This document shows positions 39,846 through 53,174 of a DNA stretch of 64,000 nt, in pieces. The stretch comes from Callorhinchus milii (taxonomy: Eukaryota). The notes beneath the pieces were generated by a model. The model had not been told where the DNA came from, made no database searches, and saw only the letters and a list, made by a program, of their open reading frames with translations. How positions within the stretch are numbered: the stretch's first letter is position 1; every line of letters starts with the position of its first letter. The translations under genes and the position numbers were made by a program. Where the stretch lies: NCBI RefSeq assembly GCF_018977255.1, contig NW_024704742.1:70248001-70312000 (forward strand), written 5' to 3'.

Positions 39846-42265
39846 TTGTGACAGTAAAACATATTGAGGCTTTTGCATTAAAATGGTTGCATCATATATA
39901 CGTATTATTATCGCAATTTGTAAAATTCTTGTCAAGTGCTTTGGGGTATTTATTTTATGTGAGAGGTGCCATTTAAACCCAAGTTCTTAAAAATTAGTTA
40001 ATTCAATTTAGAAGCAGAGGAGGGGCAATGGGTGGCGTCAGAAGCTCAGGGGGGTGGGGGAAGGAAGTTCAGGGAACAATGATAATATAATAATAATCCT
40101 TGCATTTGATATAGCGCCTTATCATGTCTTTGAGGCATCTCAAAGCGCTTCACAGAATATACTGTAAAGTGGATTGACTGTATTTTGTTAGCAAAACATG
40201 CAGCCAATTGAGCACAGCAGTATCCCACAATCAGTTGCGGATTGAATGCCAAATTTTTTTTGAGGGATTAATACCCCCGGAAAGCGATCCGCCAATCGAC
40301 TAACAACTGGGTTCCTGCTTACTGCTAGATAAACAGAGACGTGTGGAGTAAGGAAACTAGCTTAAAGGTTCTCCCTGCCCAGAGAATCGAACCTGTGTCC
40401 TCCCCAATCAGCACATGAGTGGTGAGTGTGAAATGAAGGGAAGATGGGAGAGTGACGGAGGAGAAACAAGAGTGAAAATGTGCAAAATGGGGCAGTGAGA
40501 AGGACGCGGGGAAGATGTGGGCAGGAGGAATTTATCCTTTCTGCTCACGAGAAAGTTCATGAGCCGGTGGAGAGGATGGATTGGACTTGATGTAATTAGT
40601 GGTGGAAAGGAATAGCTTCAGAGTTGTCCCTGGTCTTGATAGATGTGGGACTGATAAGCACAGGGAAAAGTGATCATTTCCCAATAGACTGTGAGGCTGT
40701 TTTTATGGAACCTCCATTCAGGTGCCCGAGCCTAGGATTTGAGGGACTGTTCTAGCAGGGGAACGAGCATGTCAGGAGATGTGTCTGGAGTTTGGGGGTG
40801 GGAGAGCAGAAAATATCCTGGAACTTCCTAAATTCCCCCCCTACTTCGCTTGGGGAAACCCGACCCAATTGCAGTGCAATGATAGGTCAATTTTAAGACC
40901 TTTTTCCTTGACTTACTGCACTCTCAGTCATCCGACCAGACCCCACCCTCCTCACTTCCCCTTCACTCCCTGGCTTGGGTGCCCAGTCAGTTGTGTAAGC
41001 AATTTAAGACGTCCTCCTGACTTGAAAGGCATTATATTAATGTAAATTATATTTTCACTCTTATTATTAATAATTCCAGCTCCTAACCTGCAACCCAAAA
41101 TCTTTATAATAATTATAATCCTCTTGACAGAAGTTGACTGGATATTTTGTGGGTGAGGCAATTTCACACAGCAGTGTTTCACAAACAGTCATGGATTGAG
41201 TGACCAAAGTATTATTCTTTTTAAAAGGGAATATTGCCCCCAGAAAATGATATGCTAATTGACTAACAACTGGTTCCTACTTACTGCTCATTAAACAGAG
41301 GCATGTGGAGTTAGGAAACTTGCCAATATCTTGCCCTGCCAGGACTCGAACCCAGGTCCTCTTGCTTGCAAGGCGAGTGCTCTAACCACTACACTATAGG
41401 ACTTTATTCCTTGCTCCATCATCTTGCGATCTCCTGGTCCCTTTCCCAGCCCCTCCGTGCCACCAACTCTGCTGTGCTTCGCGACCCAAAAGGTTGTGGA
41501 TGCTGCATCCATTTAAATTGTCAAGACTGAGTTGAGTAGATTGTTGTTAGGTAAGGAAATCAATGGAAATGGGGCAAAGGCGGGTAATTGGAGTTGAGGT
41601 ACAGATTAGCCATGATCTAATAGAAAGGCGGAATAGACTCAAGGTGCTTAATGGCCTACCCCTGTTTCTATGTCCCCGGTCCCCTCTGCTCACCATCGGC
41701 AGGCAATCCTTTAGCTAATTTGCCAGCACTCTTTTGGAATGAACTTCCTCCCTCTCCTTCAAAACTCATCTAAGAACCAATCTCTCCGACTGCGCCTTTG
41801 GCCACTTCCCCCCCCTATTCCCCTTCCTCTGCCCATTCGTTTTTGTAAAGCGATTTGAGACATTCTCCTACCCTACTAGAGCGAAAGTTGTTGTTATCCA
41901 GTATTTTTTTCAAATGATTCTATTGATAACCCCAGTTAAGACCAGCTCACAGTTTGGTGCTGTGCTGCACCACGGGATGAATTTACTGACCGAGGCATTG
42001 TAAGCCTCAAACTGAAATTGGCTCTACGGGGCGGGGGTGGGCTGGAGGAAAACCGTTGAATTTAGGAGATCTTGAGATTAAATAATAAATAATTTGGTCA
42101 CTCAATCCACGACTGCTTTTGGGACACTGTTGTGCGGAATTGCCTGCTGTATTTTGCCCACAAATATACTTTATAGTATATTGTGTGCAGCACTTTCAGA
42201 CCATGAGGACGTGATAAGGCACTATATCAAATGCAAGGATTATTATTATTATTATCAGCACTTAC

Positions 42266-42511
42266 ATTTTTCTGTTCCATTCCGGTGTCTATTACGAAAG
42301 CGATCTCGTCAACAGGGAAGGAGGAATCAGCCAGCGAGTCTGTGATGATGACTTTTCTCCTGTAGCCCTTTGCTCTCTCGTCGTAGTTTTCGTACACTCT
42401 ATGGAAGGCCCCTCCTACCCCCGAATGCAATGGGATAGGAACAACCTCGCCCAACTGAGAGCCTATGGTGCCCCCTTCTGTCCGTATGGCGTCACAGCAG
42501 TGCATTATCTC
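42266..42511 (-). CDS. DQX1: Coding exon 4 (EIMHCC...RKVIITDSLADSSF...VIDTGMEQKN)
   Basis: Acceptor ctatttcag|, donor AAT|gtaagt, 246 nt, RecA2 motif V region. Confidence 0.92.
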
Positions 42512-42599
42512 CTGAAATAGAAGCAGACGAGGGATTTGTTGAAACACATATTCTATTATTTGAACGGAAGGAAAATAATATGTATGGAAAATGAAAAGG

Positions 42600-43300
42600 A
42601 CCTCGAGTCCTGATTGACAATAAATTGAAGCTCTTCCAACAACGCTCTGTGGCAGTGAGTAAAGCGAACCAGATGTTGGAATGTATCAAAAGATCAATAG
42701 CAAGCTGAAATAGTGGGGTAATCCTGCCACTGTATAAATCATTGGTGAGACCATACTTAAAGAGTACTGTATACAGTTCTGGTCACTGCAGTACAGAAAG
42801 GATATTGGAGAAATGGAGAGGATATGGAAAAGGGCAACCAAAATGACTGAGGGAATGGAAGGACTGGACGATGAGGAGCAACTAAGTAAATTAGGCATGT
42901 TCACGCTGGAAAGGAGATTGAGAGGCAACATGATTGCTGTCTTTAAGATTCTAAAGGGGCAAGACTATACAGATCATGACAGGCTGTTTCAACTTGTCCA
43001 GAATAGTAAAACCAGAGGACACGGCCTGCGATTTGAAGGGGAGAAAATTCAGAACAAATCTACGCAAACACTATTTCAGTGAGCAAATAGTGAACCTGTG
43101 GAACAGGCTCCATAGGGAGTCAATTGAAGCAGGAAGTCTTGATTCTTTCAAGCACAGATTAGATAGTTTTCTTTTAGGAAATAACATTATGAGATACAGT
43201 ACATAGGTAGTTCAGGACATATGTGCACGTGACTTCCAGGAGGGTGGAAGGTAAATTAGCTGGACCTTGTTCTTTTTTTTTGTCTATCATTTCTTATGTT
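42600..43300 (+). mobile_element. CR1 LINE 3' fragment
   Basis: LERRLRGNMIAVFKI, TRGH and VNLWNRL peptides. Confidence 0.85.
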
Positions 43301-43557
43301 CTGTACATTGCCCTTTGTTACTTTTTGTTTTTAAAAATTCTCTCAGAAACTGCAAGCAATGCATCATAATAATTTGTATATTCGATACAGCAATTTATCT
43401 TGCCAAACTTCTCAAGATGCTTACTGTAAAGTGTAGTGACTGTAATATTGTATACATGAGGGAGATGCAACATATACATGGGAAGAGAGGGGAAAATGTA
43501 GGTGAGGGGAGAAGCTAGGGAGGGAGACATTGTGAATTTAAACACTGGTATGGACTA

Positions 43558-44174
43558 TCCTTCTTGGGGGGAAGGTAATCGGGATTTCCTTGGAGCTGAA
43601 CTGGTTCCATGGTGACATGTTTGGCAATAGCATGTCGGAATCAAGCCAGCCCCCTGTGGTGGTGTCGGTAGTCCAGCTCCTGAGCCGGGCGGATCTGCAG
43701 TATATCAGGGCACTGATGACAGCACAGCCCAGGCTGGCTCAACAGCAGGACCTGGAAGGGCAGACCAGTAACTGGGGGGGAGGGAGTCATCCCACTCAGC
43801 TCCTGTTAGCCCTGGAAGCCAAAGTCCTAACAGGTAGGGTGGTCTTAGCTGGATAAGTAGCAGGAAACCTTCCCAGACAGCAATATCAAAGACAAGCTAT
43901 GTGGTTTTAACTGGTTAGACTCCAGCAGTTACCCCAACGCACACTCTGGGGTCCCCAAGCCTTGGCTCCTGCCAACCTGCGCCTAATACTCTCTGGAATT
44001 AGGTAATCAGGATGTGTCCCTCCAGGGAGAGAGTGCGCATTCCATTCCAACAATCTCTCTCTGGGATTTCCGTGTGTAGGTCGGATACATGGAAATCTCA
44101 GTTTGGTTTGGATACTCTTGAGCATGGGGATGGGTTTCCGCATGTGCCAAGGTACCTGGCTGACCCCAAAAAAC
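43558..44174 (+). mobile_element. ~620-nt non-tRNA A-tailed retroposed element, full-length copy with 10-bp TSD
   Basis: GTATGGACTA at both 43548-43557 and 44175-44184. Ends GCTGACC+A-run. About 14 related copies in the window. Confidence 0.85.
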
Positions 44175-47100
44175 GTATGGACTAGTTGGGCTGAATGGCT
44201 TATTTCAGTGCAGTCGTTTCTATGTTGTCAAACGTATGGCTTTTACTTCAATTAAACAACCAGTTAATAAGCAAAAGAAGGTATTGCGTTTGCTGGTCTG
44301 CCAGGGGAGAATAGGAAATTAAATTGGCCCCATGGTTAGGGAGGAGAATACCACCCAGAATCCTGCTCCTGGCTCCATTTTAGCACTCTCTATTGGTCAT
44401 GCCCGTAAATGGCAAGCAGGTTGAGCAGAGGGCCTCTACAGTCGAGTGACTTTCCCACACTCACTGCCAAGGCTCATACATGCAACAATGAACCAAGTTC
44501 ACTTGTACAGGTTCCCGGAGAGCAACCAGCGTCCGTAGAACCACACCTTGGCACTAAGAGGCTGGAGATCAGGAAACAGAGACAAGCGTCAGATAAAATA
44601 CTGTTATATCCCACAGTCCCTTTGCCTTGCTCCCTCCCTTGCCTCCTTCAAGGCCCATGTCAAGGTCTCCCTCTTCAACTGTGCCGTCAGTCACCCTCCT
44701 ACCCCTACCCTCCCTCCCTCCTGATTCCAACCCCCAGCTCGGGTCCAAATCCCTGACTGTCCAGCATCTCGGAACATCCTCCCAATGTGAAAGACGTTAT
44801 ACAAATGTATAAGGATGATAATAATAATCCTTGGATATGATATAGCCCTTATCACATCTTCAAGACTTCTCAAAGTGCTTCACAGAATATACTGAAAAGT
44901 GGATTGACTGTATATTTTGTGGGTGAAACGTAGCAGCCAATTGTGCACAGCAGTGTCCCACATACAGTCGTGGATTGAGTGATCAAATTATTATTATTAT
45001 TTTTTTTGAAGGGATTATTACCCCCGGAAAAGCGATCTGCCAATCGATTAACAACCGGGTTCCTACTTACTGATAGATAAACAGAGGCACGTGGAGTGAG
45101 GAAACTTGCCCAATGTTTCGACCTGCCGGGAATCAAACCCAGGTCCACTCGCTTGCGAGTCGATGATGATACACGCCTTTCAAATCGAGAGGACGTCTAA
45201 AAGCGCTGGATGGGCACCTGAGCTGGCAGTGGGAGCTGAGGGGAGGGGAAAGATAACCCGAAAGCTCAGTCAAAGAAGTACGTTTTGAGGTTGGCCTGAA
45301 ACAAGAGATGGGAAGGTGCAAATCTCTGGGGATCCAGAGAGCAGGGGCAGAATGGCTGAAAGCCCCCACCCCCTTAGAATGCGGAGAATATATTAAAATT
45401 AAAAACAAACTTGAGTTGATTTAGTCTGAACAGCACATCACAAGGCAGGAACATAGATGGACAGGGTTAACACCAAGATGATGTCATAACCCATCGCACT
45501 GCGCTCCAACTAGAGCAGTTCACACGGCAATATAATGTGTAAATATTGACATCCCTTGTTCAAATATGCAGACTAGTTTAGTTATTACACGTGGAATCTA
45601 CATGGCTACATAAGTAACATGGATTTCCACAGTGAAATCGGACTCTCCTCTTTGTGGGGGAGGTAAGTGGGGGCTCCTTGGAGCTGAATTCACTCCAAAG
45701 TGACATGTTTGGCAACAGAATGTCAGAATTGAGACAGCTGTCTGTGACAGTCTCTGGTCCGGTTCCTGAGCCAGGCGGGTCCGCAGTAAAGTATTTCAGA
45801 GCACTGCTGATGGCAGCATAATCCAGCCTGGCTCATCGGCAGGACTTGGAAGGGCAGATCAGTCACTGGGGGCAGAGAATCCTCAAACCAAAGCCTTAAC
45901 GGGTAGGGAGTTCATAGCTGGACAAGGTGATGGTTTTCCACATGTGTCAGGCTGACCAAAAACAAAAGGCATTTTGATACAATATCACATTGAATCTCAT
46001 TCTGGGAAGCTGGGATTCCTTATGAAACAGCTCGATGCTATAATGAGGAGACGACAGGATGGGTGTTTTGAAAGCACGAGATGAATTGGGCTGGTGGTGC
46101 ACAGAGGAAACAAAATCCACCATCAATACAATACAAAATTACATTTGTAAAGCATCACAAGGACATCCCAAGGCACTGAACAGTCAGGGATTAGGGCCCC
46201 GAACAGGTGGGGGGGCATTGGGATCAGTAACGGTGGAGGGCAGAGAGCGTGGCTGAAGGCACAGTCAAAGAATAGGGACTTGAGGCGTGCCCTGAAGGAG
46301 GCAAGGGAGGGAACATGGCGAAGGGAATGTGGGATGGAGTTCCAGAGGGTGGGGGCAGATACACCAAATACTGGAGTCTATTAGACACAACTGCAAACAC
46401 TGATAATAACTTATTATTTCCCTCTCCTCTTCCTCCCCCCCTGGCTCAGGGTCAGACTCCGACACTGTTAAGTGCTCTGGGACGCTACCTGGTGTGAAGC
46501 TCTATATAAATGCAAGTTGTTGTTGATGATAGCAATGGTTAAACACAGTATATGGCACAGCAGGATTTCAGCTGAACATGGCGCTGCCTAAACAGAGTTG
46601 AAGGTCCATCTCAAAACAATACCACTCTAACCATACTTTTAGTCATCTCCTACACCCCCACCCTCTTTAGCCCTTTCCACCTCCCTTAACTCAGGTGCCC
46701 AGCCAGCAGTGTTGAGCGCTTTCGGACATCAACCTAATATGGAACACGCTATGAAAATGTACATTTGTATTGTATGTAACACAGCTGTATTCCAGCTGAA
46801 CACACCGTTCATTAAACAGTACAGCAGCACGGTTCAGATGAATATTGTGGTGCTTAAACACAGTATTTAACATAGCATGGTGTTATTCCTTTTACACTGG
46901 AGATGGCTGAGTCCCCATTTTTATAATAATAATCTTTGCATTTGATATGGCGTTTTATCACGTCTTTGAGACGTCTCAAAGCGCTTCACAGAATATATTG
47001 TAAACTGGATTAATGGTGCATTTTGTGGGTGAAATACAGCAGCCAATTACGTATACGGTGTCCCACAAATGGTCGTGGGTTGAGTGACCACTTTTTTTGA

Positions 47101-47591
47101 GGGATTATTAAACCCAGAAAACCGATCCGACAAATAGGTTCCTACTTACTGCTGTCTAAACAGAGGCGTGTGGAGTAACTGTATTTGTATAATGGATTTT
47201 GTTTCCTCTGTACAACTCATCCTTCCAGAACACCCATCTTGCCATCGCCTCATTGTAGCCTTGAGCTGTTTCATAAGGAATCCCAGCTTCCTGGCCTCAA
47301 CCATTCTTCTGGTTATAATATTAATCTTTGCATTTGATACAGTGCCTAATCACACGCCCCACCCAGGAATCGAACCCGGGGCCTCTCGCTTTTGGTAATA
47401 AAATATAGTTAATCTACTTTACAATATATTCTGTGAAGCGCTTCGAGAAGTGTGAACGATGTGATAAGGCGTATCAAATGCAAGACTTATTATTATTACC
47501 GCACGAGAGGATCATTTATAAATAATACATACAAATATCAACTGGATTCAAATTCCAGTTAAAGAAGTTGCTTCCTGCAGGTTTTACCCAC

Positions 47592-47976
47592 CTCCTCACT
47601 GGCCAGGAAGGCGATAATATTCCCCTCTTCTCCCTTCCTATGGATGTCCAGGACAGTCTGAGCAGCGGCTGAAACCCGGTCCTTAAACTGTCCATCTCGG
47701 TATACGGTTTCCACGGGAAACAAAAGGTCCACAGGCTCTTCCACTTGCACAAAAGGCACGTCAGAGTAGTAACTGTGCAGCCTGCCCGCCAGGTAAGGTA
47801 CCGTCAGCACCACCACCCTTAGGTCCTGGCGCTGCCTGGGCAGGTCTTTCAACAAACCCAGGAGAACGTCGGTCGCTACCGTCCGCCCATGGGCATCGTC
47901 GAGGACAATAACTCCGTACTGGTGCAACAAGGGGTCGGACATCATCTCGTACAGCAACATGTCATCTGTGCAGTAC
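47592..47976 (-). CDS. DQX1: Coding exon 3 (YCTDDMLL...LDDAH...FLASEE)
   Basis: Acceptor tttgttcag|, donor GAG|gtgggt, 385 nt. Motif II DDAH at 47889-47900. Confidence 0.93.
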
Positions 47977-48104
47977 CTGAACAAAGATTCCAAGCTCATG
48001 TTAATCAAATAGCGCTTAGACAACAGTGCATCATCTGCGGATCACTGGGTGGAATGGGTTCTATTTTCATTGAAACAGAGAAGAATGGTGAGAGGAGACC
48101 TCAC

Positions 48105-48600
48105 GAGATTGGTTTGGACAGGCCCCTCGGCCCATCTGATCTCATCCCTCCAGAACACCCACCCTACCATCCCCCCAACACAGCATCAACCTGTTTTATA
48201 AATGAGTCCCAGTGTTCTGGCCTCAACCAGCCTTCCTGATAACCCTATTCCAGTCGTTAATTACCCTTTGGGTAAAGAAATACCCAAAATGCCCTAAAAA
48301 TGCCCTTTGCAACTCTGAACCCGTGTCTTCTTGTTCTGTTGATATGGTAATTCTGAAAGTAATGTTCAGGGTTTACTTTCTCAGTCCTAATTGAAATCTT
48401 GTACACCTCTATAAGGTCCTGTCTGAGACATCTACTCTCAAGACTGAAGAGCCCAAGCTTGTCTAATAGTTGCTCATAGCTCATTCCCCTAAAACCAGGG
48501 ATCTTCCTGGTCGCTCTCCTCTACACTGCCTCCAGGGCTTGGCTCCTTTATGTCACGGTGACCAAAAGCATACACAATACTTTAGGTGCGTCCTGACCAC
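48105..48600 (-). mobile_element. CR1 LINE 3' fragment
   Basis: LGLFSLE..LRQDLIEVYKI peptide. Confidence 0.8.
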
Positions 48601-49360
48601 ATCACATCATAAACCAGAAACTTGCATCGCCAATTCATTCTTTTATTTTTACCAAAGGAAAGCGCAGTCACTTGGAATTGGATCAAAGGTGTGTTCAGGG
48701 ACACACTGTACCAACTGCACAGCTTTCCCTACACATATTGGGTACAAGGACAGAGGGCTGGAACACTAAACTCTTCACTATTGAATACAATGCAAGGAAA
48801 CCAGAGCAGTTTATAATAATAACAATAATAATCCTTGCATTTGAAACAGCGCCTTATCACATCATTGAGATGTCTCAAAGCGCTTCACAGAATATATTGT
48901 AAAGTGTAATGACTGCATAGTTTTTGGGTGAAATGCAGCAGCCAATTGCACCCAGCATTGTCCCACAAACGGTCATGGATTTGGTGTCCAAATAATTATT
49001 AATTTTTTTGGGTGGGGGAAGGGAGTATTACCTCCGGAAAACAATCCACCAATCAATTAAACTGGGTTAACTTGTTACTACCACTAAGTCATTGTGCTGT
49101 CAATATCCCGACCGCATTTATTCATGTATTTATACATATGCCTAATTTTCCGCTCCTGATAACTTATCATTGCGCCCTTTCCCTGGAGTGATGAGTTATC
49201 AGGAGTTTACTGTAATAATAATCCTTACATTCGATATAGCGCCTTATCACGTCGTTGGGACGTCTCAAAAGCACTTCAAAGAATATACTGTAAATTGAAA
49301 TGACTGTATTTTGTGAACTTATTATTAACACACACCCATACCCACGCATGTGCAACTGAC

Positions 49361-49554
49361 CTGAGAATAGTTTCTGATGTGCAACACTCTTCGTAAGGGA
49401 CCCGGTATCCAATCTCGTGACCCAAGTTTAAGTCCAGTTCATCGGCTACTCGTTGAGCCAGGCAGATGGCAGCCAGACTGTGTGGCTGGGTGCAGACCAC
49501 ATTGCCGTGCTGGTACTGTACTGACAGGGCATACTCAGCACACCACTGCGATAT
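49361..49554 (-). CDS. DQX1: Coding exon 2 (ISQWCAEY...TQPHSLAA...ETILR)
   Basis: Acceptor ggttag|, donor AG|gtcagt, 194 nt, covers the motif Ia region. Confidence 0.93.
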
Positions 49555-50268
49555 CTAACCAGGAAACACAACAAAGTCATATAAATCAATGTCACTCAGT
49601 TGATATCTGTGATACATTTGGAATCTTTGTTTGGCATAGCCCCTTGTTACGTCATCAAGACATCTAAAAGCACTTCCCGGATTACTTTACTATAAAGTAG
49701 TGACTGTGGGCAAACACAACAGGAATGACCCAAGGCATTGTCTCACGCACAGCCATGAAGTGAATGCCCAATTGGGCAAGTTTCCTTACTCCACACACCT
49801 AATAATAATCCCTCCAAAAAACAAAAACAATAATAAATTGATCATTTTCAATCCACAACTGTTTGTGGGACACTGCTGTGCGCAATTGGCTGCTGCGTTT
49901 TGCCCACAGATATAGTCAATTCACTTTACAGCATATTTTGTGAAGTGCTTTGAGATGTCTAGAAGACATGAAAAGCACTATATCAAATACAAGGATTATT
50001 ATTATTACATCCGGGGGATTGTGAGCCAGGACACTGGGAGAGAGAAACTCCCTTCTCCTTTCGAAAAGCGCCATGAGACCATTAACGTCTGCTGAATAGG
50101 CGCAGACAGTTTAACGTCTGATCTGAAGGACAGTGCCTCTGATAACGCAGCATTCTGTCCACTTAGACTGTGTGAGTCCCGATGTGCGGCTTGAAGCAGT
50201 GCGAGCCGCCGCTCAGGAGCGCTACGCAGGACGTTTAGCGATAGTGAAAAGATCACTCCGACACGGAC

Positions 50269-50586
50269 CTGAGTGCTTTTGCCACATCCCAGCTGGCCAG
50301 ACACCAGCACCACATTGTTGTTCACCAGATTTTCCATGAACCTGGACTTGATGCCCCAGACAGACAGCTCCTTTCTCTGTTTTAGCAGTTGGTAGTAACG
50401 CGATGAAAAAGGCAGCCCATCGAAGGGATTTAATTCCAGGTCTCCCCCGTCACAGTCCAGCACCTCATCTTCATCGTCCGACCCGAACTCGGAGCTGCAG
50501 CCATTCAGCTTCAGGGAGGAGACCGAGACGGAGTCTGCAGACGGCCTATTTTCACTGACCTCAGGATCCGTCCTCCTACTCTCCAT
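50269..50586 (-). CDS. DQX1: Coding exon 1 (MESRR...GCGKSTQ; acidic N-terminus, Walker A)
   Basis: ATG in ACAATGG context with an in-frame TGA 21 nt upstream. Acceptor tttctttgcag precedes 50637 (51 nt of 5'UTR). Donor CAG|gtccgt. 106 codons. Confidence 0.93.
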
Positions 50587-52442
50587 TGTACAGTCGCGTC
50601 TTTTTCACGATTCACGCTTTATGCTTGAAGCTGCTTCCTGCAAAGAAAATGAGAAAATATAATAATAGTCATTACATTTTGATATAGCAGCTTATCCCAT
50701 TGTTGAGAAAGTGCTTCACAGGACATATTGAAAAGCGCAGTGATTGTGTATTTTTGTGGGCGAAAATCCAGCAGCCAGTTGCACACAGCAATGTCCCACA
50801 AACAGCCATGGAATGAATGACCAATATTTTCTTTGGTGGATTGTTGGCCAGGACACTGGGAGAGAGAAACTCCCTTCTCTTTTCTTTCCTACAAATACAC
50901 AATCACTGCACTTAACGGCAATTGCCAGTGAAGCACTTGTGAGACGCTTCCACTGATTTTTTGGGAGCTTTATCGGGTCAAAACAGCTCAATCAGACATT
51001 ACTGTCCAATCTAGTGTTCAAATGTAAGGATTACTATTAATAAGAATGACCATTAAATTTGATATAGCGCCTTATCACATCATTGAGACGTCTCAAAGCA
51101 TTTCACAAAATATACTGTAAAGTGGATTGGCTGTATTATGTGGTCGAACGCAGCAGCCAATTGCGCACACCAGTGTCCCACAAAGAGTCATGGATTGAGT
51201 GACTAAATTATTATTAATTCATTTATTTTTGGAAGGTATTATTATGCCCGGAAAGCGCTCCTCCAATTTACTAGCAACTGGGATACTACTTACTGCCAGG
51301 TAAACAAAGGCGTGTGGAGTAAGGAAACTTGCTTAAGGTTTAGTCCTGCCCAGGAATCAAAACCGGGTGCTCTTGCTTGTGCGGCGAGCACGCGAACCAC
51401 TATTCTACAGGGTTCCTTGATCTGGGGGCCTGTTGACCAGGACACCAGGAGAAAATCACGTCTACTGAAATTGTCATGAAATATTGTCGTGCGATCATAG
51501 AAATATCGCTTAGATTATCCGCCTCGCAAGCAAGGGGACCTGGGTTCGATTTCCCAGGCAGGGCATTCACTCAATGGCTGTTTGTGGGACTTGCTGTGTG
51601 TGCAGATTTGCTAATGGGTTCACCTAAAAATATTGTCACTACACTTTACAGTATATCCTGTGCCCGCTTTGAGATGTCCTCCAGACCTGAAAGGTGCCGT
51701 GTCAAATGCAAGGATTGTTATTATATCCACCAAAACAACAAGCAGATGGAAAGCAGGTTGAAAGCTGTTCTTCCCCAGAATTACACTGGAATGTAACGAT
51801 ATGCTATACTAGTTACACGTCCCAACATGGAGCTTGAATCGCCAACTTCCCACTCAAGAGACGAGAGTGAGCAAGACTGACACACCAGTAGTACGCAGAC
51901 GTGGAGTCCTGTAGCATATTGGTCAAGAGCATTCACCTGCAAGCGAGAGGGCAGGGTGAAATCTTAGGCAAGTTTCCCTACTCCATATGCTTCTGTTTAC
52001 AACAACAACTTGCACTTATATACCAATAGCACCCACCACACAGGCATCTCAGAGCACTTAGCAGCAGTTTACCTAACACTAAGTAGTGTTACGATCAGTA
52101 ATTAATCACATAAAATCTTGGATCATCGAGACAAAGCTAGGAGACCCAATCCGACCGTCCCCCCTCCCTTGTTCACTGATTTCATCGACTTGCCACATCC
52201 AGAAGTCCCCTTTCACTCTCTACAGAAAGTCATCCATCTGCCTCTTGAACCCATTAAATTGCTTGCTCCAATGTGTGATCCGATAACTCATTTCACAAGT
52301 TTATTATCCCGTGAGTGAAAAAATACAGGAGTTCCACCTCTGGTCCCAAGTCTAAACTCGTGTCCCCTGGTATTTGAGCCTTATCATTGCTCGTAAAAAT
52401 GCCATCAGTCTTGTGGAGTCGGTAGCATTCTCACTCCTGAAT

Positions 52443-52785
52443 GGAGTCCTGTGGCATATTGGTTAGAGCACTCGCCTCGCAAGCGAGAGGACCTGGGTTC
52501 AATTCTCGGGCAGGATGAAACCTTAGACAAGTTTCCTTAATCCACACCCCTCTGTTTAACGAGCAGTACGTTGGAACACAGTTGTTAAATCGATTGGCAG
52601 ATCGCTTTTCTGGGAGTAATAATCTTAATTTGGACACTCAATCCACGACTGTTTGTGGGACACTGCTGTGCACAATTGCTTACAAAATATACAGTCAATT
52701 CACTTTATAGGATATTCTGTGGAGCGCTTTGAAACTTCTCAACGACATGATAAGGCGCTATATCAAATGCACAGATTATTATTTA
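52443..52785 (+). mobile_element. tRNA(Ala)-headed SINE, long subfamily (representative of dozens of copies and fragments)
   Basis: Head with CTCGC-CTCGCAA-GCGAG arm and GGTTCAATTC box B, an extra internal segment, and the same core and tail. Other copies at e.g. 28730-29094, 40085-40400, 44820-45160, 51055-51415 and 54935-55285. Confidence 0.8.
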
Positions 52786-53174
52786 TGAAACTTCCCATTA
52801 TTTTATATACCTCTGTCACAATTTCACCCACAAACTATAGTCAATCCACTTTACAGTATAGCCCATGAAGTGCTTCGAAATGTCTCGACGACATGATAAA
52901 AGCACTATATCAAATGTGAGGATTATTATTATCCCTTCTCAGCCTTCAGAGCTACAAAGAAAAGGCCCTTAAATACAAGGATTATTATTAATTGAATGGA
53001 TTGACAAATACAGAAGAACCACTTCTCGTCTTGTCCTTTAGAACAGCTTCTGTCTGCTGCTTACTTACTATCACAAATTTAAATCCCTGGATTTAGAGAG
53101 TCACTGTGACAAGTCTATCTTTTATCTTTCTTTGGTAAAAAAAGATGGAGTGAGCCACACAGGCAGGCACGTCG

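Noticed and set aside
43795..43855. Twister-like TAA-CCCT-GC...AAGCCC...AGGG and telomerase-template-like CCCTAAC
   Set aside because: The P4 stem and T1 pairing of twister could not be built by eye, and the full CTAACCCTAAC template is absent. Left for a covariance-model search.
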